NCBI GenBank assembly: GCA_028282585.1
Contig: JANQHR010000007.1
Span: forward strand, 1-45,612
Source: Bacteroidales bacterium
GTDB taxonomy: Bacteria > Bacteroidota > Bacteroidia > Bacteroidales > UBA12077
Length of the DNA: 45,612 nt
Direction: 5' to 3'
Of the stretch, positions 9,553 through 20,800 are shown piece by piece (position 1 is the first letter of the stretch; every line of letters begins with the position of its first letter). The position numbers and the translations under genes were made by a program. The notes under the pieces are model-generated. The model did not search any database, was not told where the DNA came from, and was given only the letters and a program-made list of their open reading frames with translations.

Positions 9553-12500
9553 CTAGGATAGGAATTTGTTTATTACTTTGAAAAGATCATTTTTTTGAAT
9601 AGGTTTTTGCATATACTCATTACATCCCGCTGCTTTGCATAGCTGCTCATCATCTTCCATAGCAAATGCCGTAATAGCTATTATTGGTATGTCTTTATTC
9701 TCTTTTTTTATTATTTTAGTAGCTTCAATACCATCTATATCAGGCATTTTTATATCCATTAAAATAAGATCAATAGTATTATTTCTAAATAGTTCAATTA
9801 CCTTTTTTCCGGTATTTGCATGCATTACTTTTGCTTTACTATTTGATAACAGCATTTTAAAATACAGGTAATTACTTTCTTCATCTTCTGCTATTAATAT
9901 TGTTTTATCAGGCCATTCATAACCATCATATTTTATTCTTTTAACCTTTAAAAAGTCCGTATTTGTTTCTTCTGTTATGTAAGGTATTGTGAAGCAGAAG
10001 GTTGAACCTTTATTAATCTCTGAATTAACCCATATTTTTCCTCCTAACAGATCAATTATATTCTTAGATATTGCTAATCCTAATCCCGCACCTCTATAAA
10101 TTTTCTTTTTATTTGCCTCAATTTTGGTAAATCGACTAAAAATAATTGCTTGTTGATCTTCAGATAAACCTATACCAGTATCCTTAACAAAAAACTCGAT
10201 TAAGTTTCCTTCAGGGTAATTCTTTAATTTATATCCAAATTCAATGGAACCTCTTTCTGTATACTTTAATGCATTATCTATAAGGTTTGTAAGAACTTGC
10301 TGAAGACGTATAGGATCAGTGTAAATCGTCAAATTGCTATTATCTTCAAGTTTAAGAGCTATATCTATATTTGATTTTTGAATACTATGTTTATGTTCAT
10401 TAAATGTATCATTCAGTTCATTAAGTATACGGTTTAGATCACATGATTCTTTGTTAATATTAAGTTGACCTGCTTCTATTTTTGAAATATCAATAATATC
10501 ATCGATTAAGTGAAGTAATGTGTTGCAGTTAAAATTAATATGATAAATTATATCTTTTTTTTCAGGATTTCCAATCTCCGGATCTTCAAGTAAACCTGTA
10601 AACCCTACGATTGCATTCATTGGAGTTCTAATTTCATGTGACATATTTGCAAGGAACGCGCTTTTTAATCTATCAGATTCTTCTGCTTTCACTTTTGCGG
10701 CTAAAAGTTCTGATGTTCTTTCATTAACTAAAAGTTGAAGGTGATGTTTATGTTTTTCAAGTTCTTTATTAACTTTTTCGAGATGTTCGGCCTGTGAAAC
10801 TATTTCTTCTTGTTTTACTTCAAGATCGGCTTGCTTTTCTTCAAGTTGAGTATTTATTTCTTGTAAATCTTTGGTCCTTTTTTGGACAATTGTCTCCAAT
10901 CGTGTGTTTTCTCTTTTTATTCGCCAAGTATATAACTTAACTATCAGCCTAATAAAGAGAAATCCAAATAATAAATAAGCTATGTAAGCAATGATACTCC
11001 TGTACCATGGAGATAAAATTTCAAATTCGAAATGTGCAATTGCGCTCTCTTGTTCAAAAATATTTCTTGATTTTACCTTAAAAGTGTATTTTCCTTCTTG
11101 CAAATTGGTATACTCTTTTTCGTTTTTTAAGGACCATTCTGACCATTGATTATCAAATCCTTCTAAGTAATAACTATATTTCGTATCATTATTATTTTCG
11201 TAAAAAACTGCAGAGTAATTAAAATTAAGTTGATTTGAAGAAAAAGGAATTCTTTTAATATCCGTAGTATCTTCTTTTACATTATTAATATATACTATTG
11301 AATCTTTGCATATTACCTTTCTAATAACAGTTTTATATGGAATATCATAATTAACTTTTTTGTTAGGATTAAAAAGAATAATACCTTCTCGTGTACAGAA
11401 TGAAATAATGTTTGGTTCATTTATAAAAATATTCTCCGAATAAATATTTGAAAGTTTACTTAATACAGACTTTTCAAGTTTATAGGTACCATCACTTTGT
11501 AATGTAAGGACTCCCTTAAGGTTACCTTGTTGAAAATAAATATTTCCGTTTGTATCACTAGTTAATTTATCAATATAATCAGAATTACTTTCTAACATAT
11601 TAAAACGATCATCTATAATAAATTGATTACTGTTTCTGTTGAACTTATAAATTCCATTTTCCGTACCAAATAGAATTCTTGAATAATTATTTTCGCCATT
11701 AATTTTAAATACATAATTATTTGTATTAGAAGGTAACCCATTGTTAGAATCAAAAAAGCTAAGTTCTATAATGCTATCAAGCTGATGGTTTAGTTTTAAT
11801 TTGTATACACCTTTATTTGGTTGAGTAATCCATATATATTCCTTATCGTCGATTTTTACATGTCTTGCAAGTTCGGAAAAGCCTTTCACTTTATGTTTTG
11901 GTTTCCACATACCGTTTACATATTCTAATACTAAAAATCCGGTACTCAAACCCGCCAAAATGTGCTTATCGTCTAGCTGGTTTAAGTTCCATGCAGTTTC
12001 GGCGAAGGGATATATATTTTTTGCTTTGCCATTTTTAACTGTGAAAATACCGTCTAAATGTCCAAGTAATAATACATTATTAAACTCATCCAAAAACCAA
12101 CTTTGTCCATCCGTATTTTTAATGAAAGAAAACTTTTTGTTTTTATCTTTTACGAAAAGCCCTAAAGATGTGCCAGCATATAATTTATTTTCAAATTCTT
12201 TAATTGTATATACTGTTCCATTTAATCCGTTTAGTTCACTAAAAAATGTAAAAGCAGAATTTTGTATGATATATGAAATACCATCATTAAGACCTGCCCA
12301 TAAATTATTTTGTTGGTCTAAATACATGGTAAGTACATCATTGTCGTTTAAACCTGATTGTTTATTTATTTGCTTAAGAATTTGTCCCTCTGAATTAAAC
12401 ATTAAAATTCCACCAGGATATGTACCAAGAGCAAACTTATTTTTGGATAGTGCAATACCGCAATATACTTTATTGTCTGTTAAAAAGTTATCGACTGCCT

Positions 12501-13242
12501 TAAACTTAATAGGTTTTGTGAAATTATTTGAACCTGAATCATATAGGAAGATACCTTTGGTACGCGTCGCTATTAAAATTTTGTTATTATAAGGGAGCAT
12601 TGAATAAATGCGCTCGTCGGCAAATATTTCACTTTGTTCAATAAAAATTAGTTCGTTATTTTTGAGTTTTAACAAACCTTTACCCCATTCTCTTACATAA
12701 AATTCATTGTTTACACTAAAACTTTGATGAAATCTATTGTTTGCTAAAATTATTTCAAACTTATTTTCCTCAAAAATATATATAGCATAGTTTGTTCTAT
12801 AGATTATTCGATTATTAATACATGAAATTTGCCATACATCCAGAAAGTTCCTGTATTCTTCAGGTATTTTATCAACCAACGAAACAAAATATAATTTGCC
12901 AGTACTATCAGGTTTTAAATAACCAAGTTCGCCTTTTGCTCCAACATAAATGGTATTATTATTTTCATTTAAAACAAGTGATCTAACAGTCGATTTATTT
13001 GGGATTTCAATAAGGGTCCAACTTGTTCCATCATATTCTAAAACGCCGGCATTATTTCCAAAATACATTATCCCTTTATTATCCTGTGTAATTGCCCATA
13101 TTTGATTTTCCGATGTATTGTAATTTTTATGATCATAATTCTGGATATAAAAATTGCCTTGTTGAAAAGAGTTTTGAGATAATACATTCAAAGTGCAGAT
13201 CCAGAAACCAGCTATTATAATAAATGTAGAAAGGCATTTCAT
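9553..13242 (-). CDS. Hybrid sensor histidine kinase: beta-propeller + Y_Y_Y periplasmic sensor, TM, HisKA, HATPase, REC
   Basis: Signal peptide; QDNKGIMYFG / NGLNG / NNGLPSN propeller motifs; YSYYLEGFDNQW..YTNLQEGKYTFKV (Y_Y_Y); PWYR followed by TM; [14 protein letters not shown]; NLIDNALKYT; DTGIG; GAGLGL; C-terminal REC (LMDIKMP). No AraC domain. Confidence 0.95.
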   Translation of the reverse strand: MKCLSTFIIIAGFWICTLNVLSQNSFQQGNFYIQNYDHKNYNTSENQIWAITQDNKGIMYFGNNAGVLEYDGTSWTLIEIPNKSTVRSLVLNENNNTIYVGAKGELGYLKPDSTGKLYFVSLVDKIPEEYRNFLDVWQISCINNRIIYRTNYAIYIFEENKFEIILANNRFHQSFSVNNEFYVREWGKGLLKLKNNELIFIEQSEIFADERIYSMLPYNNKILIATRTKGIFLYDSGSNNFTKPIKFKAVDNFLTDNKVYCGIALSKNKFALGTYPGGILMFNSEGQILKQINKQSGLNDNDVLTMYLDQQNNLWAGLNDGISYIIQNSAFTFFSELNGLNGTVYTIKEFENKLYAGTSLGLFVKDKNKKFSFIKNTDGQSWFLDEFNNVLLLGHLDGIFTVKNGKAKNIYPFAETAWNLNQLDDKHILAGLSTGFLVLEYVNGMWKPKHKVKGFSELARHVKIDDKEYIWITQPNKGVYKLKLNHQLDSIIELSFFDSNNGLPSNTNNYVFKINGENNYSRILFGTENGIYKFNRNSNQFIIDDRFNMLESNSDYIDKLTSDTNGNIYFQQGNLKGVLTLQSDGTYKLEKSVLSKLSNIYSENIFINEPNIISFCTREGIILFNPNKKVNYDIPYKTVIRKVICKDSIVYINNVKEDTTDIKRIPFSSNQLNFNYSAVFYENNNDTKYSYYLEGFDNQWSEWSLKNEKEYTNLQEGKYTFKVKSRNIFEQESAIAHFEFEILSPWYRSIIAYIAYLLFGFLFIRLIVKLYTWRIKRENTRLETIVQKRTKDLQEINTQLEEKQADLEVKQEEIVSQAEHLEKVNKELEKHKHHLQLLVNERTSELLAAKVKAEESDRLKSAFLANMSHEIRTPMNAIVGFTGLLEDPEIGNPEKKDIIYHINFNCNTLLHLIDDIIDISKIEAGQLNINKESCDLNRILNELNDTFNEHKHSIQKSNIDIALKLEDNSNLTIYTDPIRLQQVLTNLIDNALKYTERGSIEFGYKLKNYPEGNLIEFFVKDTGIGLSEDQQAIIFSRFTKIEANKKKIYRGAGLGLAISKNIIDLLGGKIWVNSEINKGSTFCFTIPYITEETNTDFLKVKRIKYDGYEWPDKTILIAEDEESNYLYFKMLLSNSKAKVMHANTGKKVIELFRNNTIDLILMDIKMPDIDGIEATKIIKKENKDIPIIAITAFAMEDDEQLCKAAGCNEYMQKPIQKNDLFKVINKFLS

Positions 13243-13326
13243 TCTCAGAAAAATTACTTAATAATTTACGTAAGTTACCTAAAAGTAAGTGCTTTCGCAA
13301 GCCTTCTTGGGCTTATTATATTCTTA

Positions 13327-15861
13327 TCATGAAAGATACGATTCAATTAATGTTAACAGTTGGTCTTTGTGAATTGGTTTTTGAATATATGCATTACACC
13401 CGGCTTGGATACTCATTTTTTCATCGTTTTCCATAGCAAAAGCCGTTTGTGCGATAATCGGAATATTTTTATTACTTTTTCTTATTAGCCTGGTTGCTTT
13501 TAAACCATCCATTTTTGGCATTTTTATATCCATTAGAATTATATCTAAATCTATTTTCTTGAATATTTCAAGTGCTTTTAAACCATCTTCAGCATGAACT
13601 ATATCTATGTTCGTTTCTTCAAGCATTAATTTGAAAAATCGAAAATTACTTTCGTCATCTTCTGCAACAAGAATTGTTTTGTCTGACCAATTATAATGAT
13701 CACTTTTTTTGATTTTTTTTGATTTTTTTTGTATCGATTTAACTAAGTTTCTAACAGGTAATGTAAAGTAAAAGTTCGAACCTTTGCCAACTTCCGAATC
13801 TACCTTTAGTTCGCCATCCAAAAGAGAAATGATATTTTTTGAAATCGCCAATCCTAATCCGGCACCACGATATAACTTTTTTTTGTCATCTTCAATTTTG
13901 GAAAACCGTTGAAATATGTACTCTAATCCGTTTTTGGATATACCAATTCCTGTATCTTTTATACAAAATGTTAACTTCCCTTTTCCTGACTCTTCCCGGA
14001 TATTATAACTCAGTTCAATGTTTCCTTTCTCGGTATATTTTATTGCATTATCAATTAAATACGACAAAACCTGCTTAATTCGATAGCTATCAGAGTATAT
14101 TATAATGTCTTCTTCGAAAGGTTTTGATATTTTAAAAGTAAGGCCCTTATTTTTTACATCATCCCTAAAATAAAATTCAATATTGTTTAAAATATCATTT
14201 ACGCTAACATCAGAAAGATTAAATTTAAGCTGATTAGATTCTATTTTGGCAAGATCAAGGATGTTTTCAATAAGTCGTACCAATTTGTGTCCTTTTACTG
14301 TAATTTCTTGTATAAGTTCTCTTTTAGTTTCAGGATCAATATTATCTTCATTAAGTAAATTTGAGAAACCTATGATAGCATTCATAGGTGTTCTAATTTC
14401 GTGAGACATATTTGCCAAAAATGAGGATTTTAAACGATCACTTTCCTCGGCTTGATTCTTTGCAATAATTAATTCTTGAGTCCTTTCTTCAACGAGTATC
14501 TCAAGATTTTTTCTATTACTCTCAAGTTCTTCCTTTTGAAGTTTTATTTCTTCATTTTGTTCAAATATAGTTTTGTTTTTTTTATGTAATTTTTTCCTAA
14601 TATTTAGTAAACCCACAATAAAACCTATTGAAATCAATATGACAATAAACGATAACAATTGAAGATTTCTCATATTATCAAGCATAACTGTCTTTAGTTG
14701 ATTTTCGCTTTCTAACTTTTGTATCTCTAAGCGTTTATTTTCCAATTCATATTTATTTTCTAACGATTCTATTTCTTTTAATTTATCTAAATTGAAAATA
14801 TCATCTTTTATATCCAGAAATTGTTTATGGTAGCTTAATGCTTTTTTATAATCTTTCAAACCTTCAAATGCTATTGTAAGCTGTTCCATAGCGTCCTTCT
14901 TTTCTATAACTGCACCAACCGATTTTGCAATTTCGAGTGCTTTAGATGCGTTGTCTTTAGCAGGTAAATAATTTTCAAGATTATTATAAACGCATGCTAT
15001 TTTTATGAACGATTTGGCTGCACCAATTTGATCACCTAACTCTTCATCAATAATTAGTGATCTTTTAAAGTAGTCTAGTGCTTGATTATAGTTTTTTAGA
15101 TTTATGTGGGTGGTTCCTAGGTATTTATATGAATTCCCTATGCCTAGCTTATCATTAAAATCCTCATATATTTTTGTGGCTCTTTGAAAATTTTCGATTG
15201 CCGGTTTATATTCACTTTTCTCATTGTAAATTGATCCAATATTATTATAACAACCCGCCATTCCCATTTTGTCTTTAAATTCTTCTCTTATTTCAAGAGA
15301 TTTAATATAATACTCTAATGATAAGTCAAGATTTCCCTGATAATAATGAATATTTCCTATGTTGTTATAGGTCATTCCCATACCGAACTTGTCATTCATG
15401 ATTTTTCGATATTCAAGAGAACTTTGATAATATTCTAAACTTTTAGTAAAATCACCTCGGTTTTTATACAAAGTTCCCAGGTTATTATAAATTTTAGCTA
15501 AACCGAGTGTATCCGAAATTTCGATATAAGTATCTAATGATTTTTGATAATAATTCAGGGCTTGTTTAAAATCGTCTTTACCATTATATATATTTCCAAT
15601 ACTTTTATAACTTTCTGCAAGTATTAACTGGTTATTTAACTTATTTGATAATGATTTTGCTTGGAATGCAAAAGATAATGCGGAATCGGGGAATGACCTT
15701 CTTAAATAAACGGCAAGCTCATTTAAGGTAGAAAGCTTAGTTGTATCCGATCTTGCATTTATTAGTGCTTTATATAAGCTATCAGTTCTAGATTTTTGAG
15801 GAATTGCTTTAATGCTAAATATAAGTAGAACAATAACCAAAAAATAACCGATTTTTTTCAT
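13327..15861 (-). CDS. Hybrid sensor histidine kinase with periplasmic TPR sensor, HisKA, HATPase, REC
   Basis: Signal peptide, ~40-aa TPR repeats ([10 protein letters not shown]...[11 protein letters not shown]), single TM, H-box [10 protein letters not shown]-boxes, C-terminal REC. Confidence 0.95.
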   Translation of the reverse strand: MKKIGYFLVIVLLIFSIKAIPQKSRTDSLYKALINARSDTTKLSTLNELAVYLRRSFPDSALSFAFQAKSLSNKLNNQLILAESYKSIGNIYNGKDDFKQALNYYQKSLDTYIEISDTLGLAKIYNNLGTLYKNRGDFTKSLEYYQSSLEYRKIMNDKFGMGMTYNNIGNIHYYQGNLDLSLEYYIKSLEIREEFKDKMGMAGCYNNIGSIYNEKSEYKPAIENFQRATKIYEDFNDKLGIGNSYKYLGTTHINLKNYNQALDYFKRSLIIDEELGDQIGAAKSFIKIACVYNNLENYLPAKDNASKALEIAKSVGAVIEKKDAMEQLTIAFEGLKDYKKALSYHKQFLDIKDDIFNLDKLKEIESLENKYELENKRLEIQKLESENQLKTVMLDNMRNLQLLSFIVILISIGFIVGLLNIRKKLHKKNKTIFEQNEEIKLQKEELESNRKNLEILVEERTQELIIAKNQAEESDRLKSSFLANMSHEIRTPMNAIIGFSNLLNEDNIDPETKRELIQEITVKGHKLVRLIENILDLAKIESNQLKFNLSDVSVNDILNNIEFYFRDDVKNKGLTFKISKPFEEDIIIYSDSYRIKQVLSYLIDNAIKYTEKGNIELSYNIREESGKGKLTFCIKDTGIGISKNGLEYIFQRFSKIEDDKKKLYRGAGLGLAISKNIISLLDGELKVDSEVGKGSNFYFTLPVRNLVKSIQKKSKKIKKSDHYNWSDKTILVAEDDESNFRFFKLMLEETNIDIVHAEDGLKALEIFKKIDLDIILMDIKMPKMDGLKATRLIRKSNKNIPIIAQTAFAMENDEKMSIQAGCNAYIQKPIHKDQLLTLIESYLS

Positions 15862-15944
15862 TCAGCCTAGGTTAAAATAAATACTAACAAGTGTATACCT
15901 ATTTAGTAATTTTGAAAGATATTAATTTTTTGGATAAAATCAAC

Positions 15945-16157
15945 AGTTAATGCGATAAGGTTCTTATTTATTTTTTATTTCGCTTGTAACTTCTAAATCA
16001 TTTAAAGCTTATTTATTAAAAACAGATCTATTTTATGTTCTTTCATATCATTAAAAAGCTCATGTTACATTGTTAGCAAAATAAAGTGTAATATCATTTT
16101 GGCATGCTCAACGTTTAATTAACTAGAGTTCTGGGCTTTATCATCAAAAATTAATAC
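15945..16157 (-). pseudogene. Decayed receiver-domain remnant downstream of the 16151..17674 kinase
   Basis: In shifting minus frames it reads [10 protein letters not shown] (from 16157), NDITLYFANN, MKEHKIDLFLIN (16046-16011), LEVTSEIK (from 15996) and LIALT (15959-15945). These are collinear with ILIAEDEESN / KVMHAN / IDLILMD / IEATKIIK / IIAIT of the paralogous REC domains, but interrupted by stops and frameshifts. Confidence 0.65.
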
Positions 16158-17674
16158 TTATTTATTTTCCAATTGTATTCATTAAAACTAACTTTTTTAT
16201 AATCAATCGTTTTTTCTTTAATTTCCGAATTATCAAACGGAATATTAAACATAAAAACCGAACCATAATCTGGCTGAGATTCAACCCATATTTTTCCACC
16301 TAAAAGTTTAACCAGATTTTTACAAATAGCTAAACCTAAACCTGCACCCCGATATAATTTCTTTTTAGAATTTACAGCTTTGGTGAATCGATTAAATATT
16401 TGAACCTGCTGTTCTTTGTCCAGGCCAATACCAGTGTCTTTAACATAGAATTGAAGGTAAGGATCTTTATTTTCTGTATATTTCCTGAAACCATATCGAA
16501 TCTCACCAATTTCGGTAAATTTGAATGCATTATCCAATAAATTTGAAAGTATGCTGTAGAGATGATTTGAGTCAGTATTTGTTTCTACCGTATTTCTTGT
16601 AAATTCATTTTCGTATATAAAGTTTATTTTTTCAGTGTTAAAAGAATTTTTAAAATCTTCGTGGATATCTTCCAATAGATCATTAATATTGACTCTTGCA
16701 ATTTTTGTTTCGATCTGACCTGCTTCTATAGTTGATATATTGATTATATTTTCTATTAGTTTTAAAAGTGAATTTATATTTTGTTTTATGTGTATAGTCA
16801 TTTCCTCTTTCAATTTTTCGTCGGCTTCTGGATCAACTAATAGGCTGGAAAAACCAATTATAGCATTCATTGGTGTTCTTATCTCGTGAGACATATTTGC
16901 TAAAAAGGCTGATTTTAATAAGTCGGATTCTTCGGCTTTCTCTTTTGCGATCTCTAATTCTTTTGTTCTTTCTCTTACTAAATTTTCCAGATGATTGTAA
17001 TGCAGCGCTAATTCTTTATTTGCTTTCTTTAATTTTTCTGATTGCAAAATAATTTCCTTTTGCTGATCCATTACCTTATTTAAATAAAATGTTTTTTTAT
17101 TATTTGATTCCATTAATTCATTGTATGTTTTCTGACGCACAAACTCAAATGTTATGGCAATAAATGTTACAGCAATGAATGTTGACAAGAATCTTGATTT
17201 TAGTACAGGATTATATTTTGCTGCAAAGGAGGGTTCCAGATAAAAAATGATCATTATAAATGATAGAATAAAAATAATGTAGATGATTCCTGTTCTAACT
17301 CCAACAGTAAATAAACAAAGTATAGGAAATATATATAACCAAAGAATTCCTGTGTTATTATCACCACCAGTAACGAGTAAATAAACCTCCAGGAAGATCA
17401 TTACTAAAATTAAAGCATGACTTGCAACTACATAGTTCTTGGTTTTTCTTAAAAAGAGAAAGAGAAAAATTGTAAAAATTGCAAAACTGATTAAAATTAA
17501 GGCATGTTTGAAATTATTATTAAAGTAACTTTCGACCGCATAAAAAAACATAAAAAACAAACCAATAAACGAAAATAGATTTATTGTAACTGCTTTTCGA
17601 ACGGGTTCTGATTCGTAACCTCCATCAACATTACTTGTAATTACATTATTTATTAGTCTTAAGAATTTATTCAT
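16151..17674 (-). CDS. Membrane-embedded sensor histidine kinase (about 6 TM, MASE-like N-terminus), lacking a REC domain
   Basis: Hydrophobic N-terminus with GG...[14 protein letters not shown]; coiled coil ending LVRERT; SHEIRTPMN; NAFKFT; DTGIG; GAGLGL. Ends at YNWKINKY, where the paralogs begin their REC domain. Confidence 0.9.
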   Translation of the reverse strand: MNKFLRLINNVITSNVDGGYESEPVRKAVTINLFSFIGLFFMFFYAVESYFNNNFKHALILISFAIFTIFLFLFLRKTKNYVVASHALILVMIFLEVYLLVTGGDNNTGILWLYIFPILCLFTVGVRTGIIYIIFILSFIMIIFYLEPSFAAKYNPVLKSRFLSTFIAVTFIAITFEFVRQKTYNELMESNNKKTFYLNKVMDQQKEIILQSEKLKKANKELALHYNHLENLVRERTKELEIAKEKAEESDLLKSAFLANMSHEIRTPMNAIIGFSSLLVDPEADEKLKEEMTIHIKQNINSLLKLIENIINISTIEAGQIETKIARVNINDLLEDIHEDFKNSFNTEKINFIYENEFTRNTVETNTDSNHLYSILSNLLDNAFKFTEIGEIRYGFRKYTENKDPYLQFYVKDTGIGLDKEQQVQIFNRFTKAVNSKKKLYRGAGLGLAICKNLVKLLGGKIWVESQPDYGSVFMFNIPFDNSEIKEKTIDYKKVSFNEYNWKINKY

Positions 17675-17801
17675 TGTAATTTACTATTTAAGCATATATT
17701 TATCTAGTATGATTAAAAGTTCTAATTTCTGTATCGGTTTTGAAATATGCTCATAAAAGCAATTTTCTTTATTAATAAAATAAGAAGCTCAGAATTCATT
17801 A

Positions 17802-20800
17802 CTAGTTATCAAAAAAAACACTGATTAATTGTATTAACCTATTTTTGTTTAAAGGTTTAGAAATATAATCGCTACATCCGGCCTGAATACTAATCTTTTC
17901 GTCGTTTTCCATAGCAAAAGCACTTTGAGCGATTATTGGTATTTCATTGTCCATTTGCCTTATCAGTTTTGTAGCTTCCAGACCATCCATATGGGGCATT
18001 TTAATATCCATTAATATTAGATCAATACTATTTTTCTGAAACTTTTCAATTGCCTCTTTACCGTTTAATGCCCTTTTAAGCTTGACTTTAGTTTTCGAAA
18101 GAGCCATTTCTAGGAATTTGAAATTACTTTCTTCGTCTTCGGCAATAAGAATTGTTTTATCAGACCAATCATGATCTATAGTTTTATCTTCTTGTTCTTT
18201 ATTTTGAATTTCTTTTTCTGATTTTTGTATAAAAGGTATATTAAAATAAAAAGTTGATCCCTTATTTACTTCAGACTCGACCCATATATCGCCTCCTAAA
18301 AGATTTGAAAGGTTTTTGCAAATAGCTAATCCTAAACCAGCTCCACGATATAATTTTTTTCTATCATTTTCGAATTTTGTAAAACGTGTAAATATTTTAC
18401 TTTGTTGATCTTTTGATAACCCAATTCCTGAATCTTTTATATAAAATACAATGAAAGAATCTTTAATTGCATCTTCAAGGTTATAACCAATTTCTATTGA
18501 ACCTTTTTCTGTAAATTTTATTGCATTATCTAAAAGGTTTGTCAATATTTGTTGTATTCTTAAGGGATCAGTGTATACCGAAAAATGATTATTTTCAATT
18601 CCAGGTTTTAAAATAAATTCCAAATCTAATTTTTTTAATATTCTTTTCTTTTCATTAAAAGTTTCGAAAAGTTCAATAAGTATTTTATTTATTGCACAGT
18701 TTCTTTTATTGATATTAAGCTGACCTGCTTCTATTTTAGCAATATCAATTATATCATCTATTAGATGAAGTAAAGTATCACTATTATGAACAATATGATT
18801 TATTAAATCCTGTTTATTTTCATTTAATAATTCAGTATCTCCAAGTAAACTTGTAAATCCAACAATTGCATTCATTGGTGTACGAATTTCATGGGACATA
18901 TTAGCCAGAAAAGCTGATTTTAAACGATCTGATTCCTCTGCTTTATTTTTAGCAGCTTCCAATTCAATAGTTCTTTCTTTTACAAGCTGTTCTAATCTAT
19001 TTCGATGTTTCTCTAACTCAATGTTTTGTTGTTCAATAAACTGTTTTTGTTGATTTGCAAAATCTCTTTGTGCTTTAATTTCATCCTTTTGCTGCAGGAT
19101 TTCCATTTCTGCTAACTTAAGTTTACTAATATCAGATTCGATAGCAATTAGTTTAAAAACATTATCAACTTCGTCAAAAATAGGAGTGATAGTAGTTTGC
19201 GCCCAGATATTTTTACCAGACTTAGAATGATTAAGTGATTCATAAGTCTTACTTTGCTTGTATTCTAAACAATATTTTATCGTTTCATGAATATTATTAG
19301 AAACACTAAAATCTGATAAACTTTTATAGTTATTTTCTTCTAATTCTTTTAAAGTATATCCATACATTCTTGTAAATCCTTCATTAATCCATTCTATGGT
19401 TCCTTTTGAATCTGTAATGGTAATTGCATTATCAGTTTCTCTTGCTATTAATGAAAGCTTTTCGAGTTCCTGATTTTGCTTTTCAAGCGAATCCGATTGA
19501 GCTAATATTTCTTCATTTTGTTGCTCTATTTCATGAGTTCTTTTCTGCACAAGAATTTCAAGAGATTCGTTTCTATGTTTTAATTGCTTATTACTTATCC
19601 TGACAATTATATATACGAAGGTAAATAAAGCAAGAGCATAAATTGCGTAAGCTAAAATTGTTCTGTACCAGGGTGGAAGAACAGAAAATTCAAAACTAGC
19701 TTCATTACTAACTTTATTATAAATGTTCCTTGCTCTTACTTTAAAAGAATAACGACCTTCATGGAGGTTCGTATATTCTTTTTTGGTTGCCGTTGTCCAA
19801 TCTGACCAACTTTCATTGTAACCTTCTAAACAATATTGATATTCAATACTACTAATATTACTATAATCTGGAACTGCATAATAAAAACTTAACGAATTTC
19901 TATTATAATCTAATGTATGCTTAAGATGATTGTTTTGAACAGTTGTAAACGTAGATTTATCATCAATAACTTCATAATAATTACCATAAAATAGAATAGA
20001 ATCATTTTCAGCACTAACTTTTCTTATTAAAGTATTTATTTCAGCGTTATAATCCTTTTTTATATTATTGTCATATCTGTATAATCCCTTTGATCCTCCA
20101 AACCATGCAATCTGATCATTTTCTACATAAATAGATAATACCATCATTTGAGGTATGCGGTTGAAAGGTGCTGTATAAATAAAAAATGATTGGTCAGGAT
20201 TTTTAATTGCAATTCCAATGGATTCATTTTCATTACTTAGTTGTGCTAACCAAATATTTCCATTTTTTTGTTCCACAAATGAAAAAATATCCTTTTTATT
20301 ATTGCCAAATGAGTTTTGAAATGATTTATTGGATATAAATTTCTCTGACTCATAATTAAAATCATATAAACCATTCTCAGTTGCGAATATTAGTTTATCT
20401 CTAAATTTATAAATTAAAATATTTTTTAAAGACGGTAAATCATCTTCAATGTTATAAGTAATTATTTTTTCCGGATTCATTAAATCATCGGAAGATATAA
20501 TTCTTATCAACTCATGCCTATAAGTGCTTACCCATAAATCACCATTCTTATCTTCCTGGATTGACCTTACACTTATTCCGGTATTAGAAATTAAACCTTT
20601 ATAATTAAAAATTCCATTCTTATATTCAATTACACCAATATTATTTCTTGAACCAAAATATATTATATTTGGTTTAAACCGAGATTGGTAAAAAACAAAT
20701 GTTACATCTTCTTCGATTAAATGATATAGTTCTTTATTTTTAACTTCGAATACTCCTTGAGTTGCACCTAACAATAATCTTTCATTTCCGCTAAGAGTAT

